Assembly (NCBI GenBank): GCA_021613535.1
Contig: CP075494.1
Span: 12,772,001-12,836,000 of the forward strand
Direction of reading: 5' to 3'
Length of the DNA stretch: 64,000 bases
From: Adineta vaga
Lineage: Eukaryota; Animalia; Rotifera
Shown here: positions 54,385-64,000 of the stretch, piece by piece
How positions within the stretch are numbered: the stretch's first letter is position 1
Layout of the letters: each line of letters starts with the position of its first letter
The notes under the pieces: generated by a model
What the model was told of the DNA's origin: nothing
The model's database searches: none
The model's input: the letters and a program-made list of their open reading frames with translations, nothing else
Program-made: the position numbers and the translations under genes

Positions 54385-55851
54385 ATGTCCATTGAAGAGA
54401 ATAATCAGAATAACTTTACAATTATTTGGTTTGCTAATGAATTGGATCAAGTCAAACCAGGAATTAAATTCGACAAAGAAGTTACGAAACATGATCAATT
54501 AAAAGAATTTATTATTGATAAAAAAGATTCTTCTATAATCATTATTCTTTCAAAGAGTCAAACATTAGATACTCTTTCACTGAATGAATTACCATCGATT
54601 TGTGCTGTCTATGACGATAAACTCGTATGCCTATATTCTTTACCGGAAAATATATCATCGGTAGATGCTTGTATGAAAAACTGTCAAGTAGAAAATTCTA
54701 GACGATTCTATTCATCTTGTATATTACCATTCATTCGAAAATATCGGTTTCTGATTGGCACCCTGTGTAGTATTATTCTTGCATATTTTTTTCCAAATCT
54801 TGGTAGAACAGGTGGATATATTCGATCTGAATGGACTGTTAAATGGGGTTGTATTATACTAGTTTTCTTTCTTAGTGGTTTATCGTTACGAACAAGGCAA
54901 CTTTTAAAAGAATTTCTTCATTTTCGTCTTCATATTCTTACTCAAATGTTTAGTTTTTTTATTATTCCATTTACAATCTATGGTCTAGGATTGTTATTAA
55001 TAAAGTTAAGTATGAATAGAATATTAATTTTTGGTATTATAATAATGGCTACAACATCGACATCGATATCGAGTAATGTTGTGATGACGAAAAATGCATT
55101 GGGAAATGAATATGCTGCATTATTGAATGCTGTTCTTGGCAATGTATTAGGAATATTTTTGTCACCTGCTTTAGTTTTTTATTTTATGAAAAATCCTATC
55201 TTTGATTTATTATCCAATAGTGATAATACTGAAGGACAGATAGGATATGGTCATGTTATTCAAAAATTGAGTTTAACTGTTTTACTTCCATTATTTATTG
55301 GACAAATAATTCACTTATTATGGACAAAACATGTGATGTATCTACGTGAAAAATTATATTTTGCTGAATTGAATAGTTTAGCTATATTGATTATTGTATG
55401 GTCAATATTTTGTACAGCTTTCGCAAGTGGATCATTTGAAAGATTACCGAAAAGAGATCTATTTATATTGATTTTTATTAATGGTGTTGTATATGTTGTT
55501 TTTTCATTGTTAATTATGTTTACGGCTAGATTACCCATTCCATATTGGCAATTTTCAGAAAGAGATACAATAGCAATAATGTTTTGTGGTGCAATGAAAA
55601 GTTTAGCCATGGGATTTCCATTGATCAATGCGTTGTATGGAAATAAAAATCCAGATATTAGTGGTGTGCTTTCATTACCGTTAATTGTAAATCAAATAGA
55701 ACAATTACTTTTAGGTGCTATTGAAGTTATTTTACTGAAAAAATGGATAACAAATAAAGCAAAGATGCAAGTGCCAACGCAAAAAGACCAGTTAATAAAT
55801 AAAGACGATCATACAGTAAATGAATTAGAAACTATAAACGTCAAATCTTAA
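54385..55851 (+). CDS. SLC10A7/RCH1-like sodium:bile-acid symporter family protein with N-terminal extension, intronless
   Basis: 488-aa ORF; FFLSGLSL, TTSTSISSNVVMTKNALGN, NAVLGNVLGIFLSP, VLLPLFIGQ, IMFCGAMKSLAMGFPLI; ~110 extra N-terminal residues. Confidence 0.9.
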   Translation: MSIEENNQNNFTIIWFANELDQVKPGIKFDKEVTKHDQLKEFIIDKKDSSIIIILSKSQTLDTLSLNELPSICAVYDDKLVCLYSLPENISSVDACMKNCQVENSRRFYSSCILPFIRKYRFLIGTLCSIILAYFFPNLGRTGGYIRSEWTVKWGCIILVFFLSGLSLRTRQLLKEFLHFRLHILTQMFSFFIIPFTIYGLGLLLIKLSMNRILIFGIIIMATTSTSISSNVVMTKNALGNEYAALLNAVLGNVLGIFLSPALVFYFMKNPIFDLLSNSDNTEGQIGYGHVIQKLSLTVLLPLFIGQIIHLLWTKHVMYLREKLYFAELNSLAILIIVWSIFCTAFASGSFERLPKRDLFILIFINGVVYVVFSLLIMFTARLPIPYWQFSERDTIAIMFCGAMKSLAMGFPLINALYGNKNPDISGVLSLPLIVNQIEQLLLGAIEVILLKKWITNKAKMQVPTQKDQLINKDDHTVNELETINVKS

Positions 55852-56748
55852 CAATCATTCGTTCTTTCCATACATATTTAGTTAAAATATTTCTTAAAAG
55901 AAAGTTTTTATTATTTTTTTTACATCAATATAATTTAATACGATGGAAGGTGTTATCGTTAAGTGTGACGATTCAGTGAGCTCACGTAGCCCGTTTCCTT
56001 CAATTGACATATTTATGATTCTATTCTATGATGATATTGAATGGAAGTGTGCCCTCAAAGTGTGTGTAATACAAAACACTTATTATCTTTTATCTTGATT
56101 AAATATATGAACATCAATATTGTTTTGATTTTGTTGTGGAATTTTATTTAAAGTACACAATCAGTAGCGAGAAATAATCGTCAGATATTTATTAATTTTC
56201 ACCATTATCTTCCGGTGTCACAATACTTCAAAAGACTTCTTGTCTATCTCTAATTATATGATAATTTTGCACTTTACTTTTTATCCTTGAATTTGTTTTG
56301 ATATTATAATGGATTTTCATAGACTATTTATTTCATGTGCAACAATACAAGAAACTAATTATATTACATTGAAAATTTCATTCAAATTAGTTCAGTTCTT
56401 AGTATATGCTTATTTGAAGAAACAAACAATTTTATTGAATATGAAAGTGATTTTCACTTTTGACAAGTGTTTTTCTCAAAAATAGTCTACTAATTCGATT
56501 CTCACTCGAAAATCTTTTCGTTGTTTGATGACTAATACATATCTAAGTAATCTAGATATTTTTTTAGAATTAGTACAGTAGATCAGTTCTCCAGTATACG
56601 CTTTTTCTTCACTTCTACTTTTTGTGTATATTTTCGTTTTCGATCAATATGAGTTGTTAAGTAATTCTGTTCGTTTGCTGAATGAAACGCATAGATATAA
56701 TCTGATACGTTGAAATTGATATCAATATCAGTAAGTATCAAGAAAAAT

Positions 56749-56956
56749 ATTGTTTCTGTGTTAATAAACCATCAGGACAATCTTTATAGAAACCATCTAA
56801 GAAGACAAAACTTATATTTAGAAATGAAGTTTTCATAAACATACGAAACCATTTTTGAATTTCTTCTTCTGTCATTCGTGTTCGCATTTTTAAATAATCA
56901 ATTTGTGATGGAGATAATTCAGGTTGAATAACTCTTTTTGTTTCCGCCGCACCCAT
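56749..56956 (-). pseudogene. 3'-truncated copy of the neuronal calcium sensor gene
   Basis: Identical to 60960-61167 including intron 1; homology ends abruptly within exon 2 and a stop follows at 56738. Confidence 0.85.
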
Positions 56957-57073
56957 TATTCTGAAATATCAACTAATTATTTGACTAATGAGAAAAAAAA
57001 ACTACATACACTTCTTTTTTGTTACTAATAAGAAGATCTATAGAAAAGAACTACTAGGATAAAATGAGAAACA

Positions 57074-57271
57074 TTAAAAAGATTCATCAGTAGCTGAAAG
57101 CTTCTTTGCATCTTGTTGTGACACATTAGTTAAATCTTCCACTTCTCCACTTCGATGAGGTGAACCTAGTGTTGTTTGTGCATCTTCTCAAATAAGTTTT
57201 TCATCTTTTTCAGTTAAATGTGTTAAGTCTTTAACTTCTGATCAACGATGTAATGGAGCTGGTTCATCCAT
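57074..57271 (-). pseudogene. Diverged copy of the 67-aa hydrophilic micro-protein gene with two in-frame TGA codons
   Basis: MDEPAPLHR*SEVKDLTHLTEKDEKLI*EDAQTTLGSPHRSGEVEDLTNVSQQDAKKLSATDESF* aligns with 61301-61504. Confidence 0.75.
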
Positions 57272-58367
57272 GAATACAATACTATTTCAAATTTGTCAGA
57301 TCAATGACATATGTATAATATACCTGTGTTAATTATACTATGAACGTGATGACATTGCTCATTATAACCGACCCTTTATTATTATTATTTTATAATTATT
57401 GATCAAAAGCAACAGCTCAGAAATTTTGAAAGATAAACTGAATAACTCAGCGTATTTTTATAGGTTTTACAATAATTAACAACTATAGACAGTATTCGAA
57501 TTCGTGAAATATTTGTTTACATTAATGAATAAAGCCAAAAGTGAAACCTGATCTTCCCATCCTCAAGACAGTAATGAACAGTTGTATCACTCGCACGATC
57601 AATTTTATTCATCAATGATACTTGATTGTCTTAACGACCGTCATCATATAAGAATGAGCTTTTGCCTAAGCAAAATATTCTTTCTCTTTCTTTTCGAAGT
57701 ACATCGTATGAACGAAATGACTTTTTATATAATTTATCCAACCAAAAGCGGTATACAGAATACGATAGTCATGTCGTATTCTCTTATTCTGTACCTATTA
57801 AGTAACCAACAGATCTATTCATTATGAAAGAAACGTATGATATAGATCGACCACATATAACTGAAGTCTATATAATAGGGGAAAGAAAAAGAATTAAACC
57901 ATAACAAACGTTTTATTTTAAAATGAAAGCAAACGAAAAGGGAAAAATGAAGGAATTTACACCAAGCAAATCTAACAAATCTTTTGTTAGAATACAGGAT
58001 CTTTTCAACCGGGTCTTCAGTCCAACAACAACAACATCACCATCTGAAGTAAGTGTTCAAAAATAGTAATAAAAATTTTTTTGAATTTTCCCTATTTTTA
58101 TTATTCTCCTAATTTATTAGTTAGTGAAATTGTGACAAGCAAAAACGAAATGATTAATACAGATAGAAAATAAATATTAACTAATAGGAAAAAAAAAGTT
58201 TTCTAATTATTGAACTAGAAGTAGTGTAAAAGATAAAGCAATAAATATCTGGCTGTTATCAACACTTAGTGTAGTCTGTTTATTAATTTCTTCTCTTTGT
58301 TTTTCTTCCCTCGCTTATTGCATATTCTTAATATGAAATAAACTATATATCTCTTTTTCTTTCTATA

Positions 58368-59557
58368 CCCAGGTCGACCAATCCCAGACTCGGATCCGAT
58401 CGGAAAGCATAGGATTTTATCGGATTCCTGGTGACGGAATCCCATTGGAATCCGTCGGATTAACGGATCACATCGGTTCCTATTAACTGCGTCCGATGGT
58501 ATCCAGTATCAAGGAACCGATCGGATCCTAGTACTCTGAACCCATGATTTCCGACGATTTCCAACATATTCCGACATAAATCTTAAAATGAATATTATAA
58601 ACAGCCGAAAAGACGCATTAGATGAACCTGAAAAACGATATTCAAACTATTTGACGCTATTTAGGAATATACGTTACCTAACTACCACTGAAATACATAT
58701 TTTCGAACAATTCACATTTAAAGCAGACCGTATTTTTCCTATTTCATATCTTATAACTCCATCATAAAGTATCATCCAGAACAATCTATGGCATCCACCA
58801 TCTTAACAACCACTGCGCCAACAACAGCGAGCATTCTTCAACAACCTACACATAGCACAACAACACATATCATCCATTGTCGTCTTCCATCACTACCCAT
58901 TCCCACTGAAAACATTTACTTAGCTAGTATAACTGCCAGCTTCTTGCTTTCGCAAAAGCAACACTACCTACTGATGTACAAATACTGCTTATGAAAATAA
59001 TTAGCACTGCCAGGCATCCCCAACAACTCAGAGCAACATATCCAAAAGATACGAAAACATCAACTCACATTTCCAACTATATCACCCAAAAAAATCTTTA
59101 GTTTCCACCGAAACACTCGATTAATTCTCCACAAGCAAACTTCGACATTGACATTCTTTCATCTATTTCATCTCGTATGAATCTGAGAGCCAGGAAAATA
59201 AATCACATTCCAGCGCCGATCCATTTCCTCCACCCTTTAATTAGGCCACTATACAATCTACATAGTAAGCATTCCATCCTAAACCAATCCAAACGAATCA
59301 TACTCTAATCGAGCATATACGGAATATAAGTCGAGGATTTCAAATCGAAAAACAATCCAGAGAAATCGTACAAGATAGATATCAAGTGAATTAGTAAAGG
59401 ATTTTTAATTTTAGAAAATACAAATAAATCAGGTGTTTTGAAATTTTTTTTATTTCGTCGGATATTATCGGAATTGTATTGGATTCTGACAGTCGGATTC
59501 CTATTCGATTCCGTCACCAGGAATCCTATAGGATTCTATCGGATTGGTTGACCTGGG
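58368..59557. mobile_element. Non-autonomous DNA transposon, 1190 bp, CCC...GGG terminal inverted repeats
   Basis: Left CCCAGGTCGACCAATCC vs right GGATTGGTTGACCTGGG (1 mismatch in 17); inverted subterminal block GGATTCCTGGTGACGGAATC at both ends; many GGATT/AATCC subrepeats; no intact transposase; no clear TSD. Confidence 0.88.
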
Positions 59558-59699
59558 ATGTATTTTCTACACAATACGTTTGTCAACCACTTTTGTCTTT
59601 ATTCTTCTGATGAAAAAACTAACAAAAAAATCAACAGAATTGTTTTTACAGATGCTGGTTGTTGTAATTGTCGAAGTTGACTAATTTGGCGATGATAAC

Positions 59700-59909
59700 C
59701 TATGTCGGACAATCCGGCGTGGAACGGTCAATTGCGGAGTTTTCATGGAAACAGTAATCCCGTGAACGTATCCTGTAGTAGGATTTACCTGGTTTCAGTC
59801 GGATACGATCACTGGATTCCTGCGGGTTCCAACCGAAACTAGCTCGTTTCCTGAAGGTTTCAGCCGGAAAATCTCAGAATACTACTGCTTCAGGAATCTT
59901 CGTCCTGGG
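59700..59909. mobile_element. One-ended fragment of a related TIR element
   Basis: GC-rich patch ending ...GGAATCTTCGTCCTGGG, the same CCTGGG terminus as the neighbouring element; left boundary approximate. Confidence 0.55.
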
Positions 59910-60485
59910 ACTAATTCTCGAATATCATTTTCATGCTATAATAATGATCGTAATCGAGAATATCTTTTAAGTTATAATTCTTGATCAAATCGCTAAATTC
60001 ATATTTAAACATTGTTAAACTGTCGAAAAAAATCTTCTAAATCACTGTGTTGCGTGGAATTACGAATCTTGTTTTTCTCATAATAAGAGTAGATGTCTAA
60101 GTCGCGTTCGAATATCAATGTAGATTTCTAAAACAAATCTTAGCATAAAATTATTTGTTGTAGAAGTCAAGAACCGCGGTTTCATTAGAATGCGATTTAC
60201 TAATTTACGAACGCGGTATATCAATCAAAAACTCAATGTGTAGTGACTTAGAGGATGTCGTGCCCTTTATCTGTTTTTAGTCTAATAACTTGACTTTTTT
60301 GTTAGAAAACTGTCAATTAATTCGCAAAAACTATTTATTTCATTTTTATCATAATACAAGAAGCTAATTATCTGCAGAACATTAATTTAATCATATTATT
60401 ATAGATAACAAAATCGAAAGAATGTGATATATCACAATAAAATGTTGGATATACATAAAGATCATTGCAATCACATACGAACAAA

Positions 60486-61167
60486 TTATGAGCAAAAATT
60501 TGGTGATAAAAACTCTCTAAGATATTCATCTTCTGAACAAATTCGACAAAATTCATCTTGACTAATTTTCGTATCATTATTTTCATCAAATTTTATAATA
60601 AATTGATTCAAATGTTTCATTACGTCTTCTTTTAGACGATCATTATTTGCTTCACCACGTAGTGAAAGAACCATTTTAATAATGGTTTCAATTTCGACTT
60701 TGGTTAGAACTCCATTTTTATCTACATCATATAATTGAAATGCATAACGAAGTTTTTCATCTAAATTCCCATTTTCCATTAGATCCATTGCTAGAAGAAA
60801 TTCAGTAAAATCAATTTTTCCTAGAAATATTAAAAAAATCATAATTGAACTATATAAACAAAGGCAAACCTGAGTTATCTTTATCAAAAGTAGCAAATAC
60901 TCTTTTAGCATATTGTGTCGCATCACCATCAGGAAATGCATGGTTATACATTTGAACAAATTGTTTCTGTGTTAATAAACCATCAGGACAATCTTTATAG
61001 AAACCATCTAAGAAGACAAAACTTATATTTAGAAATGAAGTTTTCATAAACATACGAAACCATTTTTGAATTTCTTCTTCTGTCATTCGTGTTCGCATTT
61101 TTAAATAATCAATTTGTGATGGAGATAATTCAGGTTGAATAACTCTTTTTGTTTCCGCCGCACCCAT
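60486..61167 (-). CDS. Neuronal calcium sensor family protein (NCS/neurocalcin-like), 3 exons
   Basis: MGAAETK (possible myristoylation), WF|DGFYKDCPDGLL, EF hands DKDNS|GKIDFTE, DVDKNGVLTKVE, DENNDTKISQDE; KLRYAFQLYD. Confidence 0.93.
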
Positions 61168-61300
61168 TATTCTGAAATATTATTGAATTATTTATCTTAG
61201 AGAAGAAAAAAAGAAATTATCCAATGTTTTATTATAAATAAAATGAACTAAGCTATAATAAAATGAGTAAAACTAAAAAAGACGTATCAGTTTATGAAAA

Positions 61301-61504
61301 TTATTTTGTTTCGTCGGTGTATAGAGGTTTATTTGCATCTTGTGGTGATACATGAGCTAAATCTTCTTTTTCTTCGCTACGATGAAGTGAACTTTGTGCT
61401 GTTTTTGCATCTTCAACAATATGTTTTTTATCTTTTTCAGTTAAATGCGTGAAATCTTCAACTTCTGACGAATGATGTAATGCAGTTGAATTTGAATCGG
61501 CCAT
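61301..61504 (-). CDS. 67-aa hydrophilic micro-protein with a two-fold internal repeat
   Basis: MADSNSTALHHSSEVEDFTHLTEKDKKHIVEDAKTAQSSLHRSEEKEDLAHVSPQDANKPLYTDETK; protein-level similarity and frame conservation with the 57074-57271 paralog; AATAAA at 61228-61233. Confidence 0.7.
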   Translation of the reverse strand: MADSNSTALHHSSEVEDFTHLTEKDKKHIVEDAKTAQSSLHRSEEKEDLAHVSPQDANKPLYTDETK

Positions 61505-62580
61505 GAATATAACTTTCAACTTTTGAGTTCAATAACGAGCACGAGCGACGTACGTTTATTCACTTTAACTCAACGTTCATCTTCATCTGAATTAAAAAAT
61601 TCAAAATCCAATCACAATAAAGAACATGTCCTCTTTTATGTAGTGAAATGCATATAATTAGAAAGATTCGATCAATAGGAGATGTCACCATTGTATTAAT
61701 ACATACATTAATCAAGATCTCATAAAATTCATTTACACATCTGTCTGGTTTTACTTCTCAGATGATTATCTTTGTTCAGATCAGGTGTGTTCTGAGATCC
61801 AAAAAATTGAGAACGCGTTGATAACTTTTGTAAAATTTTAATACATACTCAGTGAGATGGTCGATATAGATAGAAAAAAGTATATAATATCTACAAAAAT
61901 GAACTATGTTACAACAAACAGGAGACAAAAACTGCGAACATCTATCAGCAAATGCAGAGACATACGAAAATTGAGATAATTATATGTATATCCTTGTTTC
62001 ATTTCAGCAATGATAATAAAGATTCTACTTGTTTTTGTTCTTTTGATTTGTAGAATGGATATATCATATACTTATAACAAAAGCATCAAATTTTGCAAAT
62101 AAGAGAATGATTAAATACAAATCTCGTTGTGGTTTATCAGTTGTTCTAACTGAACAACAATTTAAATGTTGTTGTTATTGACATTTACTGATGTGTAGAT
62201 CTTGTATTGTTTGTAGATACATAGAAATCTGTTGTAAATTCTCCGTTCATTAATCATCTCATTTAATTACGAATCAGTTATGGATCTAGAATATATATGC
62301 ATGTGTATTTTCAATATTTCATAAATAATTTTTAATAAATTATGGAATTTATTGAATAATGATATAATTTTTTGTAAAAATCCATCCTTTTAATAGATAA
62401 GGTCTAAATCTTAATGCTTCGCGCGTATTTGTACTCAACTGTTCACACCTGTTAGAAATCTTTAATAATATTCTTTTTTCTCAATACTTCCATATCATTA
62501 ATGAAATACGAAAACTTTTTTTTCGTTAATATGATCGGTTGTTCTTATAGAAAATGAATATCGCAGTAAGTACAAGAATA

Positions 62581-64000
62581 TTATTCCATTGTTACATAAA
62601 TATTGTCAACAGTAGAATTTACTTCTTTGAATACAAGAATAAGTTGCAATTCAACAGTATTCACCGGGCATGGAAAAGATGCAACGATTGTTGATGATTC
62701 TATTACTCGACTATTATTCATTGTTGAATCTATAATAAAAATAAATAAATATAACTTTTGTCTATATGATTATTTCACTTACGTTCTTGACCAGTCTCCT
62801 CATTATTTGAATTGAAAAAGTGTATATTCAGATAAACAGGTGGATCCAATAGATTGAAAAGTCCATCTGATGTTTTCCCTTGCATTTCGATATAAACTTT
62901 ACTTCGTCCCTGTTCAATCAATCGTTCATAATGACGTATATCAACTCGTTGTTGCAATGTTGCATTGCGTTGTCTTCCTTCAAATAAACAATTTGCACTC
63001 GAGGCAACTTCCACTGTGAAAACATCTCCACTATTGATCCAAAAAGGTGTTGTTCTATTCGTTCCTACACATTGTGCATCACTGTTATTGACTAAATTTT
63101 TATTTCTTCCACGTGATCCATCAGGTAAGATTGTATTAGCAATGGATAAAGCTACGTCAAGTTGTCCTTGACTAATACCTGTACCAATTAGTTTTGCATC
63201 AGTAAAATCAACATTTTGAACATTAGCATTTTCAAAATTTGTTCCAGCTAAGAATGCATTTCGAAACGATGAACTGCTCAAATCTGCCCATAAAAATACA
63301 CAATTTGATAGATAACTATTTGAAAAATCTGTTTGAATTGCTTTAACGCTATAGAAATTTGCTGATCGAGCTGAAATATTATTCATTTGAGCTCGAGACA
63401 GATCAGCGGATGAAAAATCAGTCGTTGATAATTCCGAACGTGAAAAACTCGCTTCGATCGCAACAGAGTATTGAAATCTTGTTGATCCAAAGTCTGAGTT
63501 CGTCAATTGTGCGTGAGTTAAATTCGCATTTTCAAATAGAGCATTTTGCATTTTAACGTTCATAAAATTGCTTTCGGTAGCACTTGCATAACGAAAATTT
63601 GTCATAGTTAATGTTGCACGCGAGAAATCTGCGTGAGTAACATCTGATTGATGAAATGAAGCACCGAGCAAATTACTCGAACTAAAATTTGATTTTCTCA
63701 ATAAAATTTGTTGAAATGAAGCATTTATTAACGTTGTTGATGGTAATATAAGTTGATTATAATCAAGTCGAATACCACCTAGAGAAAAAAGAAGAAGATT
63801 TGAACATAAAATTTAAAATAGTTCTTTAAATTTACTTTGAGTAGAATCACTAGTAACATCATCAAGATCGAGTTCTTTCAAAAGGACACCTTGTAAATCT
63901 AACGGTGGATTATCCGAACGTTCGCCATGTATATATTTCATTTTATATAAGAAACTAATTAATGATGATTTATGTTGAGGATCTAGACGAGAAATTAGTG
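62581..64000 (-). CDS. Pentapeptide-repeat protein (5' end outside window), at least 3 exons
   Basis: Long A(D/N)F/Lxx repeat tract (ADFSR ATLTM TNFRY, TNFEN ANVQN VDFTD AKLIG); upstream exon LISRLDPQHKSSLISFLYK; introns near 63779-63836 and 62730-62781; stop at 62581. Confidence 0.9.

Noticed and set aside
55940-56030. Slightly GC-richer patch as a possible ncRNA
   Set aside because: No tRNA, snRNA, SL RNA or snoRNA motifs that I could support by eye.
58788-58994. 68-aa Thr-rich ORF as a host gene or transposase
   Set aside because: Lies inside the TIR element, has no DDE motif and neighbouring frames are broken.

Overview
AT-rich, gene-dense eukaryotic DNA with many ~50-65 nt spliceosomal introns; gene content and style suggest a bdelloid rotifer (inference, not verified). 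In order: three tandem genes of a receiver-like 'I/V-W-L-D' family; an intronless microbial-type DJ-1/PfpI gene; POC1; an RBMS/Shep RNA-binding gene; Spire; IFT172; a 3-TM protein ending in a dynein-stalk/MTBD-like domain; a MET-like receptor kinase; AP-2 alpha; Sm D2; a mucin-like membrane protein; a KIF27/KIF7 kinesin; MYCBP; RPL9; an SCaMC carrier; an intronless SLC10A7-like transporter with an extra N-terminal domain; a tandemly duplicated micro-protein + neuronal calcium sensor unit separated by TIR transposon relics; and a pentapeptide-repeat gene. Best leads: (1) operon-like gene pairs with a polyA signal, U-rich spacer and unpaired splice acceptor, suggesting SL trans-splicing; (2) a pseudo-receiver domain family, both stand-alone and possibly fused to a transporter; (3) a membrane-anchored MTBD-like protein; (4) a 221-bp perfectly identical tract inside an otherwise diverged duplication. 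All gene models were assembled by eye and homologies recalled from memory; no searches were run.
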